Shown in pieces: positions 19,804 through 30,358 of a stretch of DNA of 64,000 nucleotides (the stretch's first letter is position 1; each line of letters begins with the position of its first letter). Source of the stretch: Bdellovibrionota bacterium (GTDB lineage: Bacteria; Bdellovibrionota_G; JALEGL01; DATDPG01); contig OY764265.1 of assembly GCA_963668355.1 (NCBI GenBank), positions 2,208,001-2,272,000 of the forward strand. The letters run 5' to 3'. The notes under the pieces are model-generated. The model was not told where the DNA came from, did not search any database, and saw only the letters and a program-made list of their open reading frames with translations. Made by a program: the position numbers and the translations under genes.

Positions 19804-19859
19804 GGGTCAGGTTCCGTCTGACATTGCTAGACCTGCTTTAGGTCTGCGGCGAGTTTAGT

Positions 19860-20624
19860 TCAGGTTTTGAGTGTGAGTTCAATGGGGCAGTGATCACTAC
19901 CCATGACCTGGGGGTGAATTTTAGATGCCTTGAGGCGATCCTTGAATTCGGGATTCACGCAAAAATAATCGATTCTCCAACCAATGTTTTTTTCGCGTAC
20001 ATTCCTGCGATAAGACCACCAGGTGTAGTGGTCGGGGCCTTTTTCAAATTCTCGAAACGTGTCGACGTATCCTGCTTGGGTAAACTCATCCATCCAAGCG
20101 CGTTCCTCTGGGAGATAACCCGCATTATTTTCATTTGATTTCGGATTTTTTAAGTCGATTGCTTTATGGGCAATATTGTAGTCCCCAGCAAGAACCACAT
20201 GCTTCCCCTTTTTCTTCAATGAATCACAAAATTTATGAATGGCTCGGCAGAAATCCAATTTATAGGGTAAACGTAGTCCCTCCCGTTGACTGTTCGGGAA
20301 GTAGGCGCTCACGACAGCCACATCTCCATAGTCTGCTGTGAGGACTCGACCTTCTCGGTCAAAGATGTCCAGTCCCATCCCATATAGAACGGTCTCCGGC
20401 TCTTTCTTCGTATATATAGAGACACTGCTGTAACCTGGCTTTTCAGCGCAGTGCCAGAAAGTGAAATAGCCTGAAGGTTTTAATAAATCTTCAGACAGCT
20501 GCTCAGGCCTGGCCTTGGTCTCCTGAAGGCAAATGACATCCGCCTTTTCCTTTTGTAACCAATCCAAAAACCCCTTGCGTTCGGCGGCTCGAATCCCATT
20601 TACATTCCAAGAAAATATTCTCAT
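19860..20624 (-). CDS. xth: Exodeoxyribonuclease III
   Basis: SWNVNGIRA, CLQETK, GDYNIAH, GWRIDY, GSDHCP. Confidence 0.96.
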   Translation of the reverse strand: MRIFSWNVNGIRAAERKGFLDWLQKEKADVICLQETKARPEQLSEDLLKPSGYFTFWHCAEKPGYSSVSIYTKKEPETVLYGMGLDIFDREGRVLTADYGDVAVVSAYFPNSQREGLRLPYKLDFCRAIHKFCDSLKKKGKHVVLAGDYNIAHKAIDLKNPKSNENNAGYLPEERAWMDEFTQAGYVDTFREFEKGPDHYTWWSYRRNVREKNIGWRIDYFCVNPEFKDRLKASKIHPQVMGSDHCPIELTLKT

Positions 20625-20675
20625 AAGAATCCCTGTTTCTAACGGTAGTTTTGCCGAAAATCAATCGGTAGAAGG

Positions 20676-21548
20676 TCAAAGGCCCCTGGACCACTCAGGT
20701 CTCAGCGGAATTTGACCTGAAAGGGCTTTGTCTAAAATTTGAAGAAGCTTCTCTCGGTCTCTCGGAAGTCTTCCCTGAAGGGGAAGGTAATTTGAGGCGT
20801 GATTGGTGCGGAAAACGGAGTTGCGAGGATTCGCCTCTCGAATCACCGTTTCCATTTCTCTGAGTAGGCCTTCCACGGAGGGAAGGGTGAACCTTCCTTT
20901 GTGTGCGAGCTTGGCGATCGGACTACCAGGTATCAGCGTTAGCGTTAGGAGTGAGAAATACTTTGGGTCCATCTCGGTAATCAGTTTGGCGGTTCCCCGC
21001 GCATGTTCTTGACTTCTCTCTTCTCCGCCGACTCCCAGCAAGAAAATGGTTGAGAGATTCATGTCTGCTTTGTGGGCCTTCTGAGCAGCCTGAACATGGT
21101 CTTTAAAGTTTGCTCCCTTTGCGATGGTTTTGAATGTGGGGTCATCGCCGGTTTCGGGCCCGATATACAATAGGCGCAATCCGAGGGCGCGCAGTCGTTT
21201 GAGGTCCTCCTCGGACTTTTCGAGGAGGTTCATGGCTGTGGCATAGGTGCTGACGCGAATTAAATTTGGAAAGGTTTGTTGGCATGCCTTAAGAATTTTT
21301 TCCCATGTTGATACGTCCATGGCCAAAGGATCCCCATCTGCCACAAAGATTCGTCTTACATTTTTCCCAAAGGATCGTCCGGCTGTTTCAATGTCCTCTA
21401 GAATATCCGTGATGTTTCGTACGGAAAACGTCTTGTCTCCATACATTTCACAGTAAGTGCAAGCATTCCACGAGCAGCCGATGGTTGCTTGAAGAATGAG
21501 GGAATCTGCTTCACTGGGGGGACGGTATATGTCTCCTACATATCGCAT
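20676..21548 (-). CDS. Radical SAM protein
   Basis: YRPPSEA..LILQATIGCSWNACTYCEMY, NHASNYL. Confidence 0.9.
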   Translation of the reverse strand: MRYVGDIYRPPSEADSLILQATIGCSWNACTYCEMYGDKTFSVRNITDILEDIETAGRSFGKNVRRIFVADGDPLAMDVSTWEKILKACQQTFPNLIRVSTYATAMNLLEKSEEDLKRLRALGLRLLYIGPETGDDPTFKTIAKGANFKDHVQAAQKAHKADMNLSTIFLLGVGGEERSQEHARGTAKLITEMDPKYFSLLTLTLIPGSPIAKLAHKGRFTLPSVEGLLREMETVIREANPRNSVFRTNHASNYLPLQGRLPRDREKLLQILDKALSGQIPLRPEWSRGL

Positions 21549-21550
21549 GT

Positions 21551-23116
21551 TCAGTCTGACGAAAGCCTTGATAGCTCGGGATGAGTTGGAAACTTCGTCT
21601 TTCCATCTGATAAAATTTCCTTTGAGCGTTCGATATTTCCAATTTTTTGATGGGAAAGGGCTCCTTGAAGATACACATCTGGATTCGCTTGTTTTGTCTC
21701 AATGGCTTGATCAAAAAGTCTTGCGGCAGTTTTGAAGTCCTGTTTTTGGGCTTGGCAGACTCCCCAATTTTGAAAAATAGCAGACTGGATGATTGGATTG
21801 GTTCCCCCTAGCTCATAGGCCGTGTGAAAAGCTTTGCAGGCATGGGCCCAATTTTTTTTGGAAGCCCAGGCTTCACCTTTCTTAAGCTGAATGATGGAAG
21901 ATCTTGGAAAGTGCTCCTCGGCATTGGCCCAATACTTTTCGGGGTGAGCCCAGAGAGCCACTCTCGTGAATCCCCAGCAGACATATCCTACGAGAATAAG
22001 TGTGCCAGCTATTTTTAAAGCTTTCGTATTGGACGAGGCGAATCGATTTGTGAGACTTGCTCCCAGAAGAAAGAGCCCAAGAGAAGGAAGATATAAGAAC
22101 CGTTCAGCAAATAAAATCGGATTGGGAACGAGGTTTAGATAAGGAAGAAAGGCAACCAGGAAAAAAATGAAAGCAAAGCCTTCTAGAAACCAACGTTTTT
22201 TGAAAAAGAAAATAAGCAGAAGGCTTCCCAGAAATAATCCAGATACATTCAACAGGTTTCCGAGAGAGATCGTGTTTGGAGCATGCGCAAGACTCGCGTA
22301 GGTAGCCTCTCTTAGAGGCGAAATCATGGTGATGAATGCTTCTGCGTAGATATCCAGGGCTGTCAGCCAATGAAACCCAAAGCCGTATTCACGAATTTCA
22401 TCTCGATGAGGCAATTGAACAAAGGCCATCAGATAAGCACCCAGCAATACCGTCAATAAGCCTAGAGGCATATACCTCTCCGGGGCGCGTTCAAAGAATT
22501 GTCTTTTGTCTTTTGCAAAGAAAAAATCCAGGAGAGGCAAAAAGGGAAACATCACCACGGCACTCTTCTTGGCTAAACAGGCCGCCAGAAAACAAACCAA
22601 GGAGAAAGATAAAAAGACAAGGGAGTGTTTTCTTGTTTTGTAGGAACGAATCCACAAAAGTAAACCGAACTGAACAAAAAGCAGGAGCATGAGGTCTTTT
22701 CTGGCCGAAATCCAGGTCACAACTTCTACAAAGGCGGGGTGAACCGCAAAAAGAGTGGCGAAAAACCAGGAGGTTTTCTGGGGCAGCGAAAAGCTCCGAA
22801 GAATGAAAAAAAACAATGAAGCGTTTAGAAGGTGCAATAAAATATTGGTTAAATGGAAAAACCAGGCTTTAGAGGTCCAAAAAGCGTTTGCCCAAAAGCT
22901 CGTGTCGGTTATGGGAAGGAACTCCCCATAGGTTTGACAGTGTCCATGCCAAATCAGGGAAAGAGACGACGCCGAGGGATTTCGCAAGCAGGGATTTGTT
23001 ACAATTTTTGAGTCGTCGAAGTTGAAAAATCCAAAAGAGATGGTCTTTCCATAAACCAAAAGGACCAGGCCGGCCGCAAAAAGGACTAAAAGGAGACGTT
23101 TCATGCTGGACTTCAT
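21551..23116 (-). CDS. TMTC-like GT-C membrane glycosyltransferase with C-terminal TPRs
   Basis: FDD, HLTNILLHLLN, FAVHP..VEVVTWISARKD, AERFLYLPS, TPR tail. Confidence 0.85.
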   Translation of the reverse strand: MKSSMKRLLLVLFAAGLVLLVYGKTISFGFFNFDDSKIVTNPCLRNPSASSLSLIWHGHCQTYGEFLPITDTSFWANAFWTSKAWFFHLTNILLHLLNASLFFFILRSFSLPQKTSWFFATLFAVHPAFVEVVTWISARKDLMLLLFVQFGLLLWIRSYKTRKHSLVFLSFSLVCFLAACLAKKSAVVMFPFLPLLDFFFAKDKRQFFERAPERYMPLGLLTVLLGAYLMAFVQLPHRDEIREYGFGFHWLTALDIYAEAFITMISPLREATYASLAHAPNTISLGNLLNVSGLFLGSLLLIFFFKKRWFLEGFAFIFFLVAFLPYLNLVPNPILFAERFLYLPSLGLFLLGASLTNRFASSNTKALKIAGTLILVGYVCWGFTRVALWAHPEKYWANAEEHFPRSSIIQLKKGEAWASKKNWAHACKAFHTAYELGGTNPIIQSAIFQNWGVCQAQKQDFKTAARLFDQAIETKQANPDVYLQGALSHQKIGNIERSKEILSDGKTKFPTHPELSRLSSD

Positions 23117-23169
23117 ACTTCGTCCAAGACCCTATCACGTAAATTCAGCCTTTTGAAAAGTTGAATGAT

Positions 23170-26100
23170 TTAAAAAGGGGAGGAGGCAATTTCTGCAGCG
23201 AGACGCTGAAATTCCTCTTTTACGGCCATTTGTGAATGGTAACGAAGTTGTGTTTCTTCCAAAGCTTGAATGAGTAACTCTCGTGCCCAAGGAATATGTG
23301 TTTTCTGTAAGTTTTCCAGAATTACGAAGGCTTCGAAAAGGGTGCTCTCGTATTGAGTTTTGGGAAACGGGATCCTGTTTTGAGATCGTTGTCGCTCGAA
23401 CCGCAAATTGCTTTGTTCTTGTTGGGTCTCCGACCAACCGATGACATCAGAAAATTGCTGGTTGATATCCTGAATCTCGAAGTCAATATCCTCGGCTCTC
23501 TTGCGTTGCTGACACATCAATAAATCATGGGAAATTTTGGATTTCCAATGAACCGACGGTGCGAAGGAAGGGGGATGGGGGGTATTAAGCACCTTTACGG
23601 TGAGAAGGGGTAGATCCTGAAAGTCAGTTTTGCATGACAGTACTTCTTGGGCAAGGTTTTGGGGAGCGGAAAAAGATATTTTTTCTTCAACCGAGTTCAA
23701 CATGCGAAGGGCCTCAAAGCTTTTTTGGGTATCGGATTGGTGAAATAGGAAATGTTCGGCCGTGATGCTTTCTTGGACCTGTTTTCGGAACATAGAATCT
23801 TTAAGCATGGCCTCAGCAAGAAGCCAGGCGTCCATATGGTCGAGGCGTTTTTGACTGAGCTTCCGAAAAATTTCCGAGTACTTTCGTAGAAAGGTTGCGT
23901 GAGCGTGGCGAAGCAAAGATTCTTTAAATGCCTTGATTGCAGAAGGTAAGTTTTGGGAGGTGAGGTCTGGATGGATAGAGGCATATGAAAGTTGATTGAC
24001 GGCATTGGTTAGCTGGTATTTAGTCACTTCGGTTCGGATGGGCGGCAAGACTACCCGTTGGAGTCCTTCCTGTAGGGTAAAAATAATAATGGATTGTGCC
24101 ACTGCCACTGCCCATCCGGGAGGACCCGCCGCCGTTTCTGCGGCTCCCACCAAAAGGCCAATCCGTCGGAGCCAGGGAAGACCGCGAAGTACGGTTCCAG
24201 TTGTTTGAGTGACTTTCCAACCCTGATAGGCCGTAAAAGGAAGGCGGAGAGCCGCGAAAGACATACCAGCAAAAGCCGTTTCCCCCAAAACTTCTGGTGT
24301 GAAATTTGCTCGCAAGGCTCTTTCTAAATTCGATTCCTTCCACGCCTGAATCAGAACATTGGAGGCCCACATGGCCATGGCTAGAGCGGCTCCGTGTTCC
24401 AGAAAAAAGCGACTCACATAATGTCTTGGAAGGGCAGCATGAACGGCTCGACTTTCAGACGCATGAATCATGGACATGAGGTTAAATGTGGCAACGTTTT
24501 CAGGGCTCAATACATGGTGAATGAGATCGCGAAGCTCATGGACGTTACCATCTGCCAAAGCCCAAAAGGCACTCGAACCGATCTGTCCAGCAAGAACGTC
24601 CCGCCAGCTTCGCACCCATCCAGCTGATGCTCGGTTCAATCCGAGTCTTTCGAGTGAGGGCAGGTCAGGAAAATGAGATTTTTGAAGCCCTCCCAACATG
24701 GTTCCCAGAATGATGTCGTTTCCGGAGCGTTCTTGAGAGACTTGTTTAAGTGCTTCATGTTCATGCCAAAGAATGGATCGAAAGACTTTTGGTTTGATTA
24801 AATTCAATCTGCGAAGAGAAAGTTCACGCATTTCCGATTTTGTTATGATTCCTCGTTCCAATGCTTCCTTGATGGCCAGGCGATTCTCTCGTTCAAATCC
24901 TTGAGGAACAGGTCCGCGTAGTTGTTGGGCTTGCGTTTCTGTGGCCGTTGAAATCCCATTTGTGAAGCGTTGGCGATACTGATTGAATGAAGTTTGGGAA
25001 TTCAGTCGAAATCCGATTTCTGTATTTCGTTCATTTGCGCTGACCGTAAGGTTTGAAGATCCGTCAATCACCACATGTCGTTCTTCTCCCTGAATCAAGA
25101 TGAATTTGTGATGCATCTTATCCCGATATCCAAACGAGTGCGGGTAGGCAGGAGAATTTTCAAAGACGGAAACGCGGACGCGGTGGGACGAGAATTCATA
25201 TTCCATTTGTTTTAGGTCTGAGAGGCGACTTCGGCGATCTTTTGCTGTGCTCCAATCCATCAACACCTCGACATGGAATTGTGAGTAAGTTTCCAAGTTC
25301 TGGCGGATTGCGGAGATGATTTCTGGGTGGGTGATCCAAAAAGCAGCGATATGGACGCTGCGGGTTCCAACGGTTCGAATGAGATTGGCGGTCTCTTCGA
25401 TGCTTCGAGTCAAGGGAGAGACCCAGAGTTCCACTTCCGTGTTGCCCACGCGAAACGCTTTTTTCCCTTCCCCTTTTAATTCATTTCCGAAAAAACCATC
25501 TTCCATCTGATTCGTATATTGGTACAGCCAAGTTGCCATCTCAGGACTTTGAAAAATGGTTAGGCTGTTATGGTTTCCCCAGCTCAAGGCACGACCATTA
25601 AGGTCGAAATCTCCATGAACTCCACTTCGCGTCCAATTTGCACTTGTGATGATGACCGCTCCGTTCGGGTGGCCTGGATCTCGAAGAAGCGTTTTGGAGT
25701 GTTGAATTCCAGGCCAATGAGGGTGACGTGCTCGGAATTCGGCATTCGTGTATACGGGTATTCCATGATTCTCCAGCCGCTGTGCCTGAGCGGCAGCCAT
25801 TTCTCGGCGGTTGGAAAAGTGTTCCAAGGCACGATGAAAAGCCCCTTCATCTGGAAAAAACTCTCTTCCCTCCTCGATGGAACCTCCTTCTTTGAGCAAT
25901 TCTTTTTCCGTTCGTTTTCCAAGCCTTGAGGGCTCTTCCAAATATTCTCCGTCGAGAATCACAGATACCTCCACACCCCTTTCCTGGGCCCGAATTAAGG
26001 CTTCTGTGAAGTCCGGCAGATTCAATTCGTATCCAGTGACGACCACGCGCTCTTGAGCTTGTTGAATGAAGTCGATGGACACCTTTTCAAGATCTATTCT

Positions 26101-26301
26101 CCCATGGGCAGGGTTTCCTGGAAAAGCCACCTCATGTGCGACGGGCTGATTAAAGAAGTGCTGAATGCCTTGCTGGGAGGTTGATTTTGGGGAGTCTAGG
26201 TCAGCTTCGAGTGTTTTTGCATTTGTCGTAAAGCAAAATGATGCGAATGTGAAAAAAGAAACAGTTATCCAGAACAAAGAAATCCCGTTTAACATCCCCA
26301 C
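23170..26301 (-). CDS. Secreted phospholipase D-family protein with long hydrophobic/helical C-terminal extension
   Basis: Signal peptide; HSKTLLRD..SANWT and HHKFILIQ..GSSNLT motifs; ~590-aa tail. Confidence 0.85.
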   Translation of the reverse strand: MGMLNGISLFWITVSFFTFASFCFTTNAKTLEADLDSPKSTSQQGIQHFFNQPVAHEVAFPGNPAHGRIDLEKVSIDFIQQAQERVVVTGYELNLPDFTEALIRAQERGVEVSVILDGEYLEEPSRLGKRTEKELLKEGGSIEEGREFFPDEGAFHRALEHFSNRREMAAAQAQRLENHGIPVYTNAEFRARHPHWPGIQHSKTLLRDPGHPNGAVIITSANWTRSGVHGDFDLNGRALSWGNHNSLTIFQSPEMATWLYQYTNQMEDGFFGNELKGEGKKAFRVGNTEVELWVSPLTRSIEETANLIRTVGTRSVHIAAFWITHPEIISAIRQNLETYSQFHVEVLMDWSTAKDRRSRLSDLKQMEYEFSSHRVRVSVFENSPAYPHSFGYRDKMHHKFILIQGEERHVVIDGSSNLTVSANERNTEIGFRLNSQTSFNQYRQRFTNGISTATETQAQQLRGPVPQGFERENRLAIKEALERGIITKSEMRELSLRRLNLIKPKVFRSILWHEHEALKQVSQERSGNDIILGTMLGGLQKSHFPDLPSLERLGLNRASAGWVRSWRDVLAGQIGSSAFWALADGNVHELRDLIHHVLSPENVATFNLMSMIHASESRAVHAALPRHYVSRFFLEHGAALAMAMWASNVLIQAWKESNLERALRANFTPEVLGETAFAGMSFAALRLPFTAYQGWKVTQTTGTVLRGLPWLRRIGLLVGAAETAAGPPGWAVAVAQSIIIFTLQEGLQRVVLPPIRTEVTKYQLTNAVNQLSYASIHPDLTSQNLPSAIKAFKESLLRHAHATFLRKYSEIFRKLSQKRLDHMDAWLLAEAMLKDSMFRKQVQESITAEHFLFHQSDTQKSFEALRMLNSVEEKISFSAPQNLAQEVLSCKTDFQDLPLLTVKVLNTPHPPSFAPSVHWKSKISHDLLMCQQRKRAEDIDFEIQDINQQFSDVIGWSETQQEQSNLRFERQRSQNRIPFPKTQYESTLFEAFVILENLQKTHIPWARELLIQALEETQLRYHSQMAVKEEFQRLAAEIASSPF

Positions 26302-26430
26302 TCCCCTCTGTGGTGATCAGGCTTTTTCCGTTTTTTCGAATTAAATCGACGCCCCTACGATGTCGATATCAAACATCTATCAATGACTATCGAAATCACA
26401 AGTTAAAGTTCATTAAAGGATTTTCTTCCA

Positions 26431-27525
26431 CTATTTTTGAGGAACGAGAAAAGCATGGGTTAACCTTTCATTTAAAGGAAAGGTCGAATGGCCATGATTT
26501 GCTTGTTTGAGAGCGGGACGGTCTTCGCGGGGATCGAAGGTGACCAAAGGTTGTGGCCATTTGTCTCTTTCGAGCCAGGCAGAAGCCTCCCATCCAAAAT
26601 GATCTGAATAGTTGATCTTAATTCCCTTTTCCATGGGTATTCGCTTTTGAAATACTTGACCCATGTCCTCTATCGAAAAGTGTTCCGAAAAAAGGATGTG
26701 GTCTACTTTTCCATCATTCCTTCTTTTATATGAATTTGAACGACATATTGTACAAACCTCTTCCAGAGGACCTTCCAAATCAGTTTTTTGGAATCCCAAA
26801 AGAAGGTCAAACCCAATTCGATCATAGATCCTCTCATAGGTTCGTACACCACCAAGGTAGGGACCGAAATTGAAATCTCCTCCAAAGATTGTGGGAGCTT
26901 CACCCGCTTTCTCTAAGAGCCACTTGGAAGCGAGTTCAAATTGTTTTTGTCTCGCTTCTCGATAGTATCTTTGAAAATCGTGGTGCATCGAGGCGAGATG
27001 AGTATTGCCAACCCAGATCGCACCCAATTCGGGGTGGAGAATTTTGGCGACGACCACGGATTTATGGGCGAAACCCTCGCCATCTGAGAAGGCGTCTCTC
27101 AAGCTTGCGTAAGGAGGAAACGTTAAGCGATCCAACTGAGAAAGCGGATAACGACTTAAAATCATCAATCCACTATCTTTTTTATAGCCTCTGTCCTGAT
27201 CAAATTGAGCGGAGTGGAAGCCGCAGTTGGCTAATCGCGCTTGATCTTCGAGTTCCCAGACTTCCTGCAAAAGAATGAGGTCAAATCCTCCATTTTTTTT
27301 AGCTGCTTGGCGTTTAAGTTCTTCACAAAACTCTCGGAGTCGAAAATCTTTATGCCTTACCTCTCCGGGACGAATCCGGATGAGTTTTTCACTAAGAATG
27401 GAAATGGGTTCTATCCCCCACACATTGAATGTGGCCACACGAATTTTCGACTCGTCAAAATAGGAATGGCCCCAAAGAGTGGTGGCCCAAAGGCAGGTTC
27501 CGAGTACCAAAAAAAATCGCAGCAA
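26431..27525 (-). CDS. Secreted endonuclease/exonuclease/phosphatase-family enzyme, neutral sphingomyelinase-like
   Basis: Signal peptide; TFNVWG, LQEVW, SGLMILSRYP, NTHL, GGDFN, DHI, SDH. Confidence 0.85.
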   Translation of the reverse strand: MLRFFLVLGTCLWATTLWGHSYFDESKIRVATFNVWGIEPISILSEKLIRIRPGEVRHKDFRLREFCEELKRQAAKKNGGFDLILLQEVWELEDQARLANCGFHSAQFDQDRGYKKDSGLMILSRYPLSQLDRLTFPPYASLRDAFSDGEGFAHKSVVVAKILHPELGAIWVGNTHLASMHHDFQRYYREARQKQFELASKWLLEKAGEAPTIFGGDFNFGPYLGGVRTYERIYDRIGFDLLLGFQKTDLEGPLEEVCTICRSNSYKRRNDGKVDHILFSEHFSIEDMGQVFQKRIPMEKGIKINYSDHFGWEASAWLERDKWPQPLVTFDPREDRPALKQANHGHSTFPLNERLTHAFLVPQK

Positions 27526-27623
27526 AGTATCCCTCCTGGAGACAAAGCCTAAGGGAAGTGGCTAAAGAAGCGATTAAGCTGACGTAAAAAGTTTTTAAAA
27601 CTTTAGTCTGGTTCAGATCGAAT

Positions 27624-30358
27624 TCATGAAACAGAGGAAAGGGGACTCTTTTGATTTGGTGGAGACTGAGAGTCATCTTCCATAAAATCAAGACTGATTA
27701 ATGTTTCTCTCACGATTCGATCCACGGCGTATGTTTTTACGCGATCGAGACAACCGCTCTCCAGTCTCTTCTTCAGAAGGGGTTCACCCAGGAATCGAAG
27801 TGTGGCTTGGGTAAACTCATGGAAATTCTGTGCGAGGAGACCACATTTTTCGTGTTCGATGATGTCCTTTGGACCCTTTACTCCATAAGAAATGACGGGA
27901 GTTCCGCAGGCCAGGGACTCCACCACGACGTTGCCGAATGTGTCAAATTGAGAAGGAAAAAGCATGACATCAGAGGCCGCATAAGCACGAGCCAAATTTT
28001 CTCGTGAAAGCCAATCTAAATAGATTTCGTTTGGCATTTCTTGTTTGAGTGTTGAAAGCGCGGGCCCCGTCCCCGCGACGACCAAGCGAGCGTTTGGAAA
28101 AGACTTTCGAACCTCTTTCATGAGTTCAGGAATTCCATGATTCCCTTTTCTTTGCTCACTCGACCTGCGAAAAGCAAAATGGGGTCTCCATCATGAACAC
28201 CTTGGAATACTTCGGACTTTGGTATTCCTTGAGGTTTAAATTCAGGGGCAATCCAATGTGCTGTACGATGTATTTGATTTTTCGATATGCCCATCACTGG
28301 AGAAGCTAACCAATTGGCGTGTTCCTCATTCAGCACAAAAACACCGTCAAAAGCCCGGTAAAGTTGACGGAGGAGTCGTCGAAGCCGATCTTGATACTTT
28401 TCGTCAAAACCCAATGTTCGTTTGGAAAAATCTAACCAATCTGTGTGCATATAAAAATGTGCGGGTACCGTGTAACAGCTTTTTAGGTGAAGTGCGGCCA
28501 TCCCCATGAGTAATTCCGTGGAACAAAGTATTCGATCATAGCCTCCAGCTAGAAAGAGGTTTTGCAAGTCTATTAAGTCAAACACGCGCAGCTTTTGATC
28601 CGGATATTGGGGAATTTCAAGAATTGCGGTAGGCCTTAAGATATGTAAATGCGGTTGGTTTTCGGCATTTTCATGGCAAGTTGCGAAATCGATGGGGAGG
28701 TTTTGTTCGACACATTCTTGATGCCAAAGGCGCGCCGTGTGAGCGACACCATTTTTGTCAAAGAATGTATCGGTTAACCATAGAACCCTTTTGGGGTGGA
28801 TATGTTTGTGGACGCGTTTGGCGACCGAATTCAACAGTGGCCTGCTTGTAAACAAAACTCGGCTACTCATGTAGGCACTGGATCCAATGACAGAGGCCGC
28901 CAGAGCGGGGAAGGGTAGCCCGTCTGCAAAAGACATCAAATCAATATGGCTGATTCCCTCAGTCTTTTTCTGTTCTTCTCCAAGACCTCCAAATAAGGCG
29001 CGTAGGTCCACAGGAAGCTCGAGTCTTTCAATAAACTCGGTGGCACAACGAATCGGGCTTTGAGTGGATGTAGGACTTGGTAGAACGTTTTCCAAGTTTT
29101 TTGTAATTCTTTTCGCCAAAATTTTGTTCAATTCATGGAATATTCGAGGGATTGAGCTACTTACTGTTTTTTGAAATAGATCTCCTTGAGAATTTCTCGC
29201 ATGGGCAATGGCCTCTAACTCTCTGGCCAGAGGACGAAAATCTTTTGAAAGTCCCAATCGTTGGAAGAAACTAACCTTTCGACCTCTTAACGCTTCATGA
29301 GAGGCTTTTACAAACCGACGCGTGTATCGGTGTCTTCGGATCTCGAACACGGCATTGGCAATGAGATAGGCCCAAATTTTTTGCGTCGTTGTGCCTTGGT
29401 GCAGAAGGAGGCGAATCAATCCGGGGTCTTCTGCGTATAGCACCGCTTGACAGAAATAATCCAAAAAAGCAGAGGGAAGTTTTTCTTCTCCACACCATGA
29501 TCCAAACGGAACGATTTCCCCTTTTCGTAATCCATCCAAAGCCAATGCCGAAGCTGGGTGTGTTTTGAGTTTCAACTCCAAATCAGGGACATGGATCCGC
29601 GTCCCGGTCATTCCGGTGAATAAGGCCATGTGATCGTCGGATCCGCCTGTGAGTACTTTCTTGTATGGGTTTGTACAGAATCTTCCTGGAGAAATGCCTA
29701 TTTTTTTTGATAAGGATTCAATCTTCTCCTCATTGAGAGATTGAATCCAGGAAACGACAAGCGCATTTTGCCAGGTATCTCTCTGTCCATTGATTCCTTC
29801 GAATCTCTCGAACAGCAGTGTCAGTCTTTCCAGCATCTCAATGGAAGGTACGCTGGTTCGAGTATAGAAGTATAAAGGATGGGCCAGAACCGTCACAATT
29901 TGATGCTCCAAAGTATATTCTAAGAATGCATAGAGATTCTTTCGCTTTCGGTTCAAAACGGCTTCCTGATCTGGCGAAAATCCGTATGTAAGGACATGGA
30001 TCTGGATGTCGACATCTGGAATGCTGCATGTGAATTCGGCCGCGGGTACGACGTCATATCCTTGGTTGAGCAAATTCCAGCAGGAACGTGCATTATTGTG
30101 GTTGGTGATCGTGATGGCTCCGAGAGCCCTCTGTTCGAGAGTGCGAATTACACCATCTGTTGAAACCCATGTCTCAGGCCATCTTAAAATACGCCCTAAC
30201 AATTCATCGAAGACGTCACTTTGGGCATCGTGACAGTGTAGATCGATGGAGAGCATGTCCTGTTTTGGGTACTTTTGGTTTTCTTTCTCAATGAAGGTTT
30301 GAATGCTTGAATGTAATCCTTCTCGAAATTTGTTGGTTTGAGTTGTCATGTTAAGCAT
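27624..30358 (-). pseudogene. PHP-domain/GT4 glycosyltransferase fusion interrupted by a 1-nt frameshift near 28130 (ORFs 28118..30358 and 27624..28121)
   Basis: DLHCH, ITNHN, GGSDDH (PHP); DKNGV, GRVSKEKG in ORF1; LVVAGTGP, DTFGNVVVESLACGTPV in ORF2. Adding one base restores EKGIMEFPELMKEV. Could be an assembly error. Confidence 0.75.

Noticed and set aside
19803..19850. GGGGTCAG-type REP or terminator after the shell gene
   Set aside because: Only short 5-6 bp stems (GTCAG/CTGAC, AGACCT/AGGTCT), single copy, no U tract.
23170..26301. PLD-nuclease anti-phage defence system
   Set aside because: Signal peptide present and no helicase/methylase partner nearby; an export role fits better.
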